Part shown: piece after piece, positions 11,435-23,239 of the stretch
Layout: each line of letters begins with the position of its first letter
How positions within the stretch are numbered: position 1 is the stretch's first letter
Assembly: GCF_001194135.2 (NCBI RefSeq)
Contig: NC_068993.1
Coordinates: 3,996,315-4,060,314, forward strand
Direction of reading: 5' to 3'
Source of the DNA: Octopus bimaculoides
Taxonomy: Eukaryota
DNA length: 64,000 nucleotides
Position numbers and translations under genes: made by a program
The notes under the pieces: model-generated
Told to the model about the DNA's origin: nothing
Seen by the model: the letters and a program-made list of their open reading frames with translations, nothing else
Database searches by the model: none

Positions 11435-11580
11435 AATTCCATAACAGAATTCAGAAATAACCCAGAGGAGAGTATAACTTTTGCAGCGTACTACAGAAGA
11501 TACGAGGATATTTTTAAGGAGGATTGCAAGACATGGTCCGACGAAGAAAAAATAAGGTTATTATTACATAAACTAGCTCT
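11435..11580 (+). mobile_element. Ty3/Gypsy (K02A2.6-like) gag N-terminal fragment
   Basis: NSITEFRNNPEESITFAAYYRRYEDIFKEDCKTWSDEEKIRLLLHKL matches the gag motif F..W..RYEDIF..D...W.D..K.RLLL.KL of invertebrate Gypsy elements. Truncated after about 50 codons. Confidence 0.75.
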
Positions 11581-12668
11581 GAAGTCTTCGTTTCCACATT
11601 AAATTCTGATATAATGACAGTCTACTCTCCCTGAATGTTATTCATAAAAATATTTCACTTGAAAATACTAATTCTGGTGAAAGCTATAAGGAAACAAAGC
11701 TGACCCATGCGAATATTCCGAAACTTCTTTGACTACCCCTAGGAAAAACTTTTTCACTCCAAATTCCAATATAATCTGAACCTACACCATCTGAAGCGTA
11801 TTTTTAGAAAATTTCATTAAAAAGTATCCATTTATTTCAAAGACATGAAGAAACAAATTTAGTGGGGGAGGGCAGTTGTGTAGTTATGATGCATCCAGTT
11901 ATTCACATACTGGAATACTTATGTGTGTGTGTGTGTATGCGTGTTTGTATGTATTTTAAAACACATACATATGTGTGCGTACGTAGGTAAACATTTGCAT
12001 ATACACATGTGAGTTAATGGATAAATGCATTTGATGCGAACAATGTGGCAGATATTTCCTGAAACCTACCCCTATATAATATGATGGATATTTCAGTTTA
12101 CTAGTGAATGACTAGCTTCGTTCAATTGCAAATATAATATTCTGTCATTATTTCGTTAAAAAAAACTCAGCATGCTCTGCCTGCAGTAATATTTGTGATC
12201 ATCTCATTACACACATCTTAGAATATATGTTTAGCCAGTATCGATTATTTACCACAGAAACTTATCACTAAACAAACAGGAGAACCAGCCTCAGTATCAA
12301 AGGGAAGGACTAGAGTGGGGAGAGATATAATTGAAATTTTTTATTATTATTTTTCTAAGCCATATGGTTTATTCTCAAAGTCCATGATTGTGTATTCATT
12401 TATTCTGCATATATGATCATTTATATACACACGTTTTTATGTTTTATTACGTTAATTTTAACTGTTTTTTTTTCTAAATATTAATAAAACAACAAATATT
12501 TTAAGGCCATGTCTTTACTAAATCAGGAGTTACGCCTGCAGCACACATGTTGACCTTCTCCGTTTTAATCATAGGCATCAAGGTTCCTATTCAGCGGCAG
12601 TGTCTTCTTGTAAATTACCCTTCACAGTGGCAAATGTTTTACTGATCTTACAAAGAAACGGTGCAGCA

Positions 12669-12669
<1 letters not shown>

Positions 12670-12721
<52 letters not shown>

Positions 12722-12750
12722 TGTGTGTGTGTGTACGTGCGTGTGTGTAT
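12670..12750. repeat. (TA)/(TG)n microsatellite
   Basis: Direct reading. Confidence 0.95.
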
Positions 12751-12754
12751 AAAT

Positions 12755-12898
12755 GTAGTAAGTAGCTTGCTTACCAACCACATGGTTCCGGTTTCAGTCC
12801 TACTGTGTGGCATATTAGGCAAGTGTCTTCTACTATAGCCTTGCGCTGACCAAAGCATTGTGAGTGGATTTGGCTGATGGAAACTGAAAGAAGCTCAT

Positions 12899-12941
<43 letters not shown>

Positions 12942-13146
12942 TTGTGTATATATTTGAGTGCCTGTGTTTGTCCCCACAACATCGCTTGACAACCGATTAC
13001 GACCCCGTAACCTAGCGGTTCGGCAAAAGTAAACAATAGAATACGTACTAGGCTTACAAAGAATATGTCCTGGAGTCGGTTTCTTCGACTAAACAGGAAG
13101 TGCATCAGCATGGCCGCAGTCAAAATGACCGAAACAAATGAAATAA
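12755..13146 (+). mobile_element. SINE family A, near-complete composite copy (tRNA head - internal TA/TATG microsatellite - tail)
   Basis: Head homologous to 6158-6365. Microsatellite at about 12899-12950. Tail TGTTTGTCCCCACAACATCGCTTGACAACC...CATGGCCGCAGTCAAAATGACCGAAAC is homologous to 42192-42380 and 56141-56341. Confidence 0.9.
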
Positions 13147-13338
13147 CAAAAGAATGCGTCTGTGTATATGTGTGTGTCTCTGTGTGTATGTATGTGCGTG
13201 CGTTTGTGTGCGTGGTGATAATATAATTCTTCGTAAACTTGAACGTTTGGAAACTAACTTAAGATCATAAAGTCACAACCACATTGACCTCTTGCAGAGC
13301 CTGGTGCATTTTGGTACCTACAGAATGAAGATAATTAC

Positions 13339-13426
13339 CTTATATCTTTCGTTGTTCGTATAGCAGTTTAAATTCTTTTGCAGCTAGTTTCATATTTCCA
13401 ACGGTCGGATCATTGGATCGCTTCGT
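13339..13426 (-). other. Candidate spliced exon (88 nt), non-coding or stop-containing
   Basis: Strong acceptor ttttgtcttttattcttcAG and donor AAG|GTAATT. The longest frame, TKRSNDPTVGNMKLAAKEFKLLYEQRKI*, stops 1 nt before the donor. Confidence 0.25.
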
Positions 13427-13609
13427 CTGAAGAATAAAAGACAAAATGTTTGCATGTAATTCGGTGTAATATATGTTTTTCAGAGACAATTGAAAAGAAT
13501 CTATTTTCAGTCGTTGGTTATGCTTCAGCAAAATATGTATGATACCTACTCAAAGACATTCTGTAACAATTAATACATATGACTTGAAAATGTTCTTGTA
13601 GACATAATT

Positions 13610-13789
13610 TAAGAGAGACAGAGAGGGAGAGAGAGAGGGGGAGAAATAGACAGACAGACAGAGAAAGAGAAACAGGGAAACAGACTGAGAATAGAGATAG
13701 GTAGAAAGTGCTAGAGACTTGTAAACAGTGAGACAAGTAAAAAGGTAGAGAGAGAGAAACACACACACACACACACACACACCGTTGTA

Positions 13790-13836
<47 letters not shown>
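13610..13836. repeat. (GA)-rich tract followed by (AC)n - 10 nt - (TG)n
   Basis: Direct reading. Confidence 0.9.
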
Positions 13837-13839
<3 letters not shown>

Positions 13840-14413
13840 ATTCGTGTGCATTAGGATAACTAAATGTGTGAGTGTACGAGCTTATATTCATTAACTAATA
13901 TTCCGAACTGCAGAAAATTTCTTCTTTTTTTTTTTTTGTCAGAGTATAAAAAAATACATTTTTTTTTTACCTAACATAATTTATCGATCCGTTCATAGGT
14001 GAAAGCGAACAGAATTTACGCGAAAGAGTATAATAAAGTTATATTAGTTTGGGGAGAAGACGGAGCAGGAGAGGAGGAATATCTTGGTGTAACATACTAA
14101 ATTTCTAAGAAAGAAGGAAAGCAGACAGGTAGGTAGGAATGTAACGTGACTAAGAACTGCAGCATCGTATCACATTTGTGGAAGGTGAACGTATATGGGT
14201 CAACAAATGCAACCATCCATAACTTGATAATCTTCTAAATAGTTTATGCAATATAATTTCGTGTAAGAAAGGATGCCTAATGCAAATATGCGCGCGCGTG
14301 TGTGTGCATGTGTATTCATTACATATATATATATATAAGTGCCAGTTTGTGAGTTTGCAAGTCATATATATACATTCATCCACCCACTTATATATATATA
14401 TATATATATATAT

Positions 14414-14791
14414 NNNNNNNNNNNNNNNNNNNNNNNNNNNNNNNNNNNNNNNNNNNNNNNNNNNNNNNNNNNNNNNNNNNNNNNNNNNNNNNNNNNNNNN
14501 NNNNNNNNNNNNNNNNNNNNNNNNNNNNNNNNNNNNNNNNNNNNNNNNNNNNNNNNNNNNNNNNNNNNNNNNNNNNNNNNNNNNNNNNNNNNNNNNNNNN
14601 NNNNNNNNNNNNNNNNNNNNNNNNNNNNNNNNNNNNNNNNNNNNNNNNNNNNNNNNNNNNNNNNNNNNNNNNNNNNNNNNNNNNNNNNNNNNNNNNNNNN
14701 NNNNNNNNNNNNNNNNNNNNNNNNNNNNNNNNNNNNNNNNNNNNNNNNNNNNNNNNNNNNNNNNNNNNNNNNNNNNNNNNNNNNNNNNNNN
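14414..14791. other. Assembly gap inside a (TA)n tract
   Basis: N-run flanked by (TA)n on both sides. Confidence 1.
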
Positions 14792-15349
14792 TATATATAT
14801 ATATACTGCTGTGATACGCACACATACGTAAAGCGTTTTCCTCCATTACAGTTTGGTATCAATTTAGGAGCGAGATCCATTAATAAGCAGCATGAACAGT
14901 TGCATTAACTCATGTATATAGATGGCTGTAATAATATATACGTATGTTAGTCATGCTATGCAAGTAAATTGAAAGGGATAAGCAGGATACAGTTGAGATA
15001 TCTGTGATATATTATTATATATTAACCCGATGTGATTCCCCAAATCTTAACGGTTTGCAGCATGTAGGTGGTTTCCTCATCTTCCGCAATACTTTACTAT
15101 ACCTGTCCGACATTTTCAATGGTAGGAATTCACTCAGTGTGTAATTAATCCGTTCGGTTTAAATTTAAATTGTTTTGAGTACAGAATTTCAGTTGTTGGT
15201 TCATATTGTTACATGGTGCATCGTTGAAGAAGCAGAACTTTTAGAAATTCAGCGTCTTTCCCGGTGCAGTTCTGTGTATGTATCACCTTTCACAGTATTG
15301 CACATTCGTTACTCATCATTGTAGATGATTTCTCATATTGAACAAATTG

Positions 15350-15560
15350 CAATTACAAATTGAGAACCTATTGTGTGAAGTTCTGCTTTAAATTTGAAAA
15401 AAATTCAAAGATATTTCTCTCATTTTGAAATAACATTGAGTGGACACTCGTTTGTAACTTTGCTTGCGAGGCCAACTTTTGAAATTGGGAAGAATATCCA
15501 CCAAAACATGATTCGAAATCCAAGCGACATTTGATGGGAACGGACGATCATTACATTACG
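15350..15560 (+). mobile_element. Possible degenerate mariner transposase N-terminal fragment
   Basis: TYCVKFCFKFEKN resembles the mariner N-terminus (QRxCIKFCFKLGK). The rest is heavily decayed. Confidence 0.3.
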
Positions 15561-16039
15561 TTAGCGCAAAACATTTAGTCTGACTGTGAAGATTTCCAAG
15601 ATGTGAGTATATGTATGGAAGAAGTGACCGCGAAGCGGTGATCGCCCCAGACGACACTATTACGTGAGCGGCACTTTTGGATCTGCTGCGAAGCTTTTAG
15701 AAGATGAAGACCGGGAGAGGGATGGCGAACATACACAGCTACGTCCTGTGAATGTGTATTTGTAATTTGTGTACATTTACACATACATAATCCTATGTTT
15801 GTTTTAACTAAATGATTCTGGGGTATCTTTAACGCATTCAAACATTTTTATATATCCGATTCACAAGTTTTAGGAAGTAAGCATAGTTGCAATACAGACG
15901 TGTTTGTATACGAATAACATAACGACAAAAATATAAATCGAGTGCAACTCTACTAATTCTTTGTCTACCAAACATAGAATGGAATTAAAAAAAGAAATCA
16001 AACCGAGGCGAGAAGATAACTGAATACGGCTGAGAGAGA

Positions 16040-16440
16040 ACTTGATAATGAAGGGCCGGCGGTGATGACTGTGATGGTAATAATGAGGATGATGATGATG
16101 GTGACCACAAGGATGGCGATCATGATTAAGGCAATGGTGGTGGTAAAGATGATGACGATAATAAGGACGGTAGTAGTAACAATGACGACGATGTGGAGGC
16201 GGTGGAGGATGACGATTACAACAGCTGCGGAGGTAAAGAAGATGAACATGATGATAGCGATGATAATGATAATGAAGATAGTCGTGATGATAATAATGAG
16301 GAGGAGTAGGCGGAGGTTGATGGTGACAATGACGCGATGGTACGGGTGGTGGTGGTTGTGGTGGTGGTGGGGATGATGATGATGGTCATGATGACGACGA
16401 CGTCGGCATCGTCGACAACAGTGATCAAATTGGTGATATT
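16040..16440. repeat. Cryptic (GAT/GGT/GAC)n trinucleotide-derived low-complexity tract
   Basis: 3-nt periodicity giving poly-M/D/V pseudo-ORFs on both strands. Confidence 0.85.
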
Positions 16441-16699
16441 GAATATAAAGAATTCAGATTGGAAAACGTCTATTTTTTTATGGCATTTGTTAGTTCCGTT
16501 TTTATTCCATCACAAATGAGAATAAAAATGCTTTGCAGAATGATAAATAAGTAATATTGCTTTTAACAGCTGACAAATAAAAAGAAGAGAATGATGTATA
16601 AATACCCACATACGTATGTGTAATTTGTACGTATACATGAAATCTGCAGCATACACGCGCGCATACATGCGTACATACAAATGCAGATATGCCAACAAA

Positions 16700-16739
<40 letters not shown>

Positions 16740-17121
16740 NNNNNNNNNNNNNNNNNNNNNNNNNNNNNNNNNNNNNNNNNNNNNNNNNNNNNNNNNNNNN
16801 NNNNNNNNNNNNNNNNNNNNNNNNNNNNNNNNNNNNNNNNNNNNNNNNNNNNNNNNNNNNNNNNNNNNNNNNNNNNNNNNNNNNNNNNNNNNNNNNNNNN
16901 NNNNNNNNNNNNNNNNNNNNNNNNNNNNNNNNNNNNNNNNNNNNNNNNNNNNNNNNNNNNNNNNNNNNNNNNNNNNNNNNNNNNNNNNNNNNNNNNNNNN
17001 NNNNNNNNNNNNNNNNNNNNNNNNNNNNNNNNNNNNNNNNNNNNNNNNNNNNNNNNNNNNNNNNNNNNNNNNNNNNNNNNNNNNNNNNNNNNNNNNNNNN
17101 NNNNNNNNNNNNNNNNNNNNN
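16740..17121. other. Assembly gap between (CA)n and (TA)n
   Basis: N-run. Confidence 1.
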
Positions 17122-17177
17122 NTATATATATATATATATATATATTTGCACATGTATATTTACTGATATATAGATTT

Positions 17178-17252
<75 letters not shown>

Positions 17253-17391
17253 CACGCACATATATAACATTGTCATAAATGCAATATATACAATGTACAA
17301 TGGAAAACCCATGGAAGTATTAAGAGGTTATGATAACAAAAATAAGACCAACTTGAATCATGAGCATCATCAGCACCAGCATAAGCCACAG

Positions 17392-17392
<1 letters not shown>

Positions 17393-17460
<68 letters not shown>
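17393..17460. repeat. Compound (TAC)n(TAT)n microsatellite
   Basis: Direct reading; forms the 3' flank of the Dong-like insertion. Confidence 0.95.
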
Positions 17461-17464
<4 letters not shown>

Positions 17465-17830
17465 TAGTTTTATTTTTATCGCGTGTTTTCACTGCACCAC
17501 CGAGCACAGCTCTGTGTGCCTTGGGTATGTGCTGTGGTTTGTTGTGATGCTCTTATTTTTACTGTATCGAAAGTGTTTTGCGTAGGATGTGTGCGGTGCC
17601 CAGTAGTGCAATTTTCTGTATGTTATATATACTTGTTAATCTTGGTGTTTTTGTTATGTATTTGTCTGAATATTGTTTTATCATACTTAATGCGCCCATT
17701 ACGATAGGAATTGTTTCTGCTTTTAGACTCCACATTCGAGTTACCTCTATTTCCAGATCTTTGTATTTTGGAAGTTTCTCCGTTTCTTTTAAAGAAACGT
17801 TGTCATCTGTTGATACATCGATTAGAATAA
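17461..17830 (-). mobile_element. R4/Dong-clade LINE 3' end A (restriction-like endonuclease C-terminus plus about 98-nt 3'UTR), 5'-truncated, inserted in (TAA)n
   Basis: LIDVSTDDNVSLKETEKLPKYKDLEIEVTRMWSLKAETIPIVMGALSMIK...IQKIALLGTAHILRKTLSIQ* carries the RLE D..KxxxKxxKY and terminal GTAHILR motifs. (TAA)n lies on both sides. Dong elements are known to target TAA repeats. Confidence 0.9.
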
Positions 17831-17849
17831 TCATTATTATTATTTTTAC

Positions 17850-17891
<42 letters not shown>

Positions 17892-17892
<1 letters not shown>

Positions 17893-18092
17893 TTATGTTT
17901 GACTTTTGTTTTGCATTTGTACAAGTTGGATCCAAGTCTCACCCAGAGACCTCAAGAGACAACAAGTTAGAAGTTCATGTAGGTGTTATGCCTAGGGTAC
18001 CATATATTTGGATTTGTACAGTTTTGTTCAAGTGAATGTTTAAGAAACCATAAGAAAATTATGTTTGCTTTAAAATTTGAGATCACATAGAC

Positions 18093-18097
<5 letters not shown>
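17892..18097 (-). mobile_element. Second, different R4/Dong-like 3' end B (last codons plus about 190-nt 3'UTR) in the same (TAA)n tract
   Basis: The minus strand begins ATA CTG TCT ATG TGA (ILSM*, parallel to TLSIQ* of element A) right after (TAA)n and ends ...GTCAAACATAAAATAATAATAA in (TAA)n. The assignment relies partly on recall of this octopus repeat. Confidence 0.6.
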
Positions 18098-18127
<30 letters not shown>

Positions 18128-18452
18128 TATTATTATTATCGTAATCATTGCTAGCATCATGAGCATCATTGTGATTACCAATATTGTCATCATCCTTGTT
18201 GTCATCCTTTTCACCTCCCCCATCATCATCTTCATCATCATCATAATCATCTCCACCACGACCATCACCACCATCATCATGATCCTCATCTTGATCACCA
18301 TCATTATCATCAGCAAAAACAACAGTATGAGTACCACTACCAACAACAACACCACCTCAAACGACCCCAGCAACAACAGCAGCTACAACAGCATGAGCAA
18401 CTACAACAACGACGACCACCACTACCACTACCACTACCACCACCACCACTTC
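18098..18452. repeat. (ATT)n grading into a cryptic (CAT/CAC/AAC)n tract
   Basis: Direct reading. Confidence 0.85.
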
Positions 18453-18704
18453 CATAGCAGAAATGACGGCCTTAATATCAAGAGAGGCCTCACGAAACAA
18501 ACGTTTCGGTGCCAGAGATCAGATAATTTTAAAACTGAGACGGAAAAAGAAAGACAAGCGTAAAGAAAAAAAAAAAAAAGAAAAGAAAAAGAAACAAAAC
18601 TCTTCTAGTTTACTAACAAGTAGGTAGTATGATTGATTGGTAAAATATTAGTTTGCTTTGAGCTTCTCACTCTGGAATATAATGAGATATAAAAGAAGAA
18701 CACA

Positions 18705-18705
<1 letters not shown>

Positions 18706-18750
<45 letters not shown>

Positions 18751-18763
18751 TTAAAAAAAAAAA

Positions 18764-18816
<53 letters not shown>

Positions 18817-18845
18817 GCAACAACGACGAGAACAAGAACAACAAG
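18706..18845. repeat. (TAA)n - poly-A - (TAA)n - (CAA) microsatellite
   Basis: Direct reading. Confidence 0.95.
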
Positions 18846-19132
18846 AAAAACTGTTTATTTCTTTCGCAGGTCTTGTGTTATGTAAAGTGAGAATTAATCA
18901 CCTTGATGTTTTATTTCTGTAATTCGTTTTTTCCTAAGAACGCGTTTAAACAGTTTGTGATTATACATAGCAGTGAACTTTATGTTTCAGTCTCACACAC
19001 ATTTTAGCTGGAAAGGGTCAAGATGTACAGGATGAGTATACATTGATGTAGAAGAATAGAAATATATGTTAAACACTTAATGCGCATACATATACACGCA
19101 CACGCGCACACACACAGGCACTCGCACATATG

Positions 19133-19134
<2 letters not shown>

Positions 19135-19184
<50 letters not shown>
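19135..19184. repeat. (TA)n microsatellite
   Basis: Direct reading. Confidence 0.95.
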
Positions 19185-19188
<4 letters not shown>

Positions 19189-20373
19189 TCAGATGACTAA
19201 GTTAACTCTTCCGCCATTCCTAAATGAATTTCTCTCATGCACCAGCTCTCTAGAGATGATTTCGTTTCGTGAGACACCTCATTATTTTTCCTTTTCTAAT
19301 TTTGGGGTCGTACATAAACGCCTTTTCTTCGTTCCACACGTAAGTTCGGCTAACATTATATATTTGTTCTTAAATGCTGGAAATACGAGAGTAGAAAAAC
19401 AGCGAACAACTGATGAAGGGTCGTTCTTTATGTTGTTTGTTTTATTTTCCATTTCTGTCTTTCGTTTTTCGAAAGAATAGTTCATGTTCCATGTACTCGT
19501 GCTCGTGTTATTTTGTTGTACATGCTTCATGGTGTCCTATATACTACTGAGTGTTTTTATTTGGCATAAAACAACACAAAAAATTGGCCACCCCGAAAAA
19601 TAACAATATATACATTTATATATGCATACATATCCATGTGTGTGTGTGTGCACGTACGTATGCCTATATATATACACACATACATATGTATGTAGGTACT
19701 TAGTAGTCTCCAAAGTGCACTCTGCCAACGGGGAAAATGCAAAACTGCGTTCAAGTAGATCGATACGAGAAACACGAGGAGTTCTACATAATCAGTGTTA
19801 AGGTCTGTTACTGTATAGCATTAAATAGTTTGACATGCAGCTGCTCAGAAATAAGAATTTCAGTCTTTTGTAACTCATATTCCCAGATGTTCTGGCACCT
19901 ATATCTGATACTTATACCAATAAATATATAAATGAAATTCACAGTAAATGTCGATGTTAATATTCCAGCATTGTATATCCCTTGGTTATTTTATTATATA
20001 TATTTTCATGTGGAGAATAAAGTACAAGTGAATCTGTCTCAGCTTTTCTCCACACAAGGCAATTAATCATAGCCGAACTCACACTTATATAAAATGTAAG
20101 TAGAATTATTTGAGTGAGCATCCATGTCTCTATGTGTTATTCATATCGGTAAGTGTGTCTATGTGTATTGATTCTATTTTAACCCATTTCCTTTTCGTTC
20201 TCAACCATTAAGGAATTATTAGTACAACTTCCTCCATTGAGAAGTGGTGAGTTTATATCAAAATTATAGTTATTAAACTATCCAAATATCTAAAATTCTT
20301 AGAAAATAATTCTATGTATGTTCTTGTTGCCTTGTATAATGAAATAGTTTACATATAATTACTTTATTTTTTA

Positions 20374-20500
20374 AGCCTGGAACTTATTCTATCGGTTTTC
20401 TTTAGCCGAGCCACTACGTTACTGGAGCGTAAACACTTCAACACTTCCTCAAGTGGTGGTGGGGGACAAATATAGATACAAACAAACATACACTGACACA
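20374..20500 (-). mobile_element. SINE family A tail fragment
   Basis: AAGCCTGGAACTTATTCTATCGG...GTGGGGGACAAA is homologous to 42270-42380. Confidence 0.7.
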
Positions 20501-22399
20501 AACACGCACACAAACACGCACATATATATGCATGTATGTATGTGTGTGTATGTATGTAAATAACGTGTTCCAGTATAGCATATTTGGAGCAGCGAATTCA
20601 CAGATTTGCTAGAAGCTGGTGCAATATGTTCCAGTTTTCTTCGCTCTGTGTGCAAGTCCTACAAAGGCAAACTTTGTTCTTTATTCTTTCAGGTCGGAGA
20701 AATAAATACCAGTCTATGGCAGTGGAATGGCTGGATTATTAAAATTTCAGACGAGATGTCTTGTACGTTCTCTTCCAGCTTCTTACATTCTGAATCCATT
20801 TTGTCTAACATGCTGCACTACCAGCAATATCTGTAGTACGAAATGCAGACAGTGTGCCCAGGATAAAAACTGACTGCCTGTATGTAGCTAATTCGCAGAG
20901 CTACTATAATAAAAACTTTACGCGTCTCAAGTCTACCGAAGTATTTTAGTATACTTGGTATTTATTTCGTTAAACCTAATTGAATGATTCCATTTTCCCG
21001 TAAATTGAGGAATTTATTCTAATAGAGAGTCGGTGTGATAAAATCCATGTGAAAAAAAGTGGCACACAGTAACTCTGTGGGATGCCACTGGGTGAGCTGG
21101 TCTTGTTGTCGCCTACAAGACTTAATCCATCGCCTGATTTAGCACACCCCTAATCTCTTAGAGCTATTTTGCGGAGTTCCCTTTCTTGCAAGAATTCGGG
21201 TCAAGTCACCGGTTAGAGGACTACTCCTTTTAGCAGTCTTAGACGCCTTGGGAAAGATATAGGTGACGCCTTTATTTCCGTGATTGAATCATAAAAAGAA
21301 ACACACGCACACACAGAACATAAATTGGTAAGATTATTCTCTACGAGACATCAAGTCTCATGCTTCCCCATTCCTATCAATTCCACCACCATCACCTCCC
21401 AAATGACAACAGTTAATACAATATAACAAACAAATAGTTGTAAGTATTTGTGTACTGAAGTATATCGTTAGTTTAATTGTATAAAGTTACAAGCATAGAA
21501 CTCATGAAATAGACATCTATGACTGAAGAATTTTACATCTTAACAATTCCCAAATTGCATTTCATGCTTCATTGATTACAATTACAGACTCATGAGATCC
21601 TTCTATGTATTTCATACCAATTTCTTCCAACACGACGTAACTATCTCTCCTACCTACCATGGCAAATCTTCTCCTGATCACATCGTAACGATAAGGCTGC
21701 TGCTATTTCTAAAATAGCTATGAACACAAATTATTTAGAAAATAAGTAATTTTTCTCCATATCTTTACTTTCGTGTGGCATATTTGGCAGTTCAGGAAAT
21801 TTTGGTTTATATTTCTTTAATTTATGGCATTCAGTTTCCTAAGACAATGGCTATTATTAACTGTCAGCAAATGTTTTATTAGGGTCAATATGGAAAGTAC
21901 TTCAGCTCGTCATATTTTAATTTCAGACATTCAATAGGATAAGTTTAGTCTTTAAATAAGATTTATGCATTAGTTTCGCCTTTCCTTTCAAGCTGATTTC
22001 TCCATAAGTTTACCTTTTCTTGGTCGTTTCCTTCTTGTTGAACCTATAATAATTTTCATTGAATTTACTTCAAGACTTCTCACAAGGAAAGTAAATTATA
22101 GCAGTGTTTCAACCTACCATTCATTTCTAACATCTCTTTGTTGTTGTAGTTCTTATTATTACAAATGTTGTTTTTGTTTACTTTCTATTCTGTGTCTATT
22201 CTTAAGGAGTTGCCTCATCTAAGGTCTAAATGTATATTATTAATCCAACAGCTGCTCACAGGTCCATGAGATCAGGAAACTATTCTTATGCATTACACTC
22301 CAATGTATAATAGATCTTTCGTAAAAGGACGTTCTCTCTTGTTATTAGATTCAATAAAAGCCAAAACGGACATTGACAGTTCAGTACTGTAATTCAGAG

Positions 22400-22850
22400 C
22401 TGGCACAACGTCACCAACTCCTACAGCATCACCCATATCACCACTACCATCACCACTACCATCACAGCTACCGTCTCAGCAGTTACTATCGCCATCATCA
22501 CAATCAGAAACGACACCACTATCACCACCACAACCATTAATATCAACACTAACGCCAACGCCACCACTAATAACAAAATTACCAATAACCTTAGTACCGC
22601 TGCTACTGTCATCATTGCCACTTCCATAACCACCGCCACCACCACTGCTATCAACATCACCGCTACCACCAGCAACGATATTAATGTCACCAATACCACT
22701 AGCGACAATAAAATCACTCACCGTAGTGTTATTACAGCCGTCATCCTCACCACTCCTATACCATTATTATCACTGCAACAAACAACTACTGACGTCATCA
22801 AGGCCGAGCTCATCATCGCCAACACCACTGCAACTGTCAGCATTGTAATT
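22400..22850. repeat. Cryptic (ACC/ATC/CAC)n low-complexity tract
   Basis: 3-nt periodicity; gives G/D/S/V-rich pseudo-ORFs. Confidence 0.8.
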
Positions 22851-22872
22851 GCTTAAAAATAACAAAAATCGT

Positions 22873-23239
22873 GGCACTCCGTCGGTTGCGACGACGAGGG
22901 TTCCGGTTGATCTGATCAATGGAACAGCCTGCTTGTGAAATTAATGTGCAAGTGGCTGAGCACTCCACAGATACGTGTACTCTTAACATAGTTCTCGGAG
23001 AAATTCAGCGTGACACAGAGTGTGACGAGGCGGGCCCTTTGAAATACAGGCACAACAGAAACAGGAAGAAAGAGTGAGAGAAATTTGTGTCGAAAGAGTA
23101 CAGCAAGGTTCGTCACCACCTCCTGCCGGAGCCTCGTAGTGCTTTAAGTGTTTTTGCTCAATAAACACTCACAACGCCCGGTGTGGGAATCGAAACCGCG
23201 ATCCTACGACCGTGAGTCCGCTTCCCTAACCACTGGGCC
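22873..23239 (-). mobile_element. tRNA-derived SINE, family D, near full length
   Basis: Reverse-complement head GGCCCAGTGGTTAGGGAAGCGGACTCACGGTCGTAGGATCGCGGTTTCGATTCCCAC has A- and B-box-like motifs. The 3' tail is shared with the element at 35131-35440. Confidence 0.85.

Noticed and set aside
19403-19440. CTGATGAAGGG resembling a Penelope terminal repeat
   Set aside because: No stem II or GAAA in register, and no recognisable GIY-YIG translation upstream.
19583-19600. TTGGCCACCCC resembling a hAT terminal repeat
   Set aside because: No partner inverted end or 8-bp target duplication found nearby.
20640-20760. Apparent strong plus-strand acceptor ttctttattctttcAG with an open frame
   Set aside because: The sequence is better explained as a degenerate family B SINE core.
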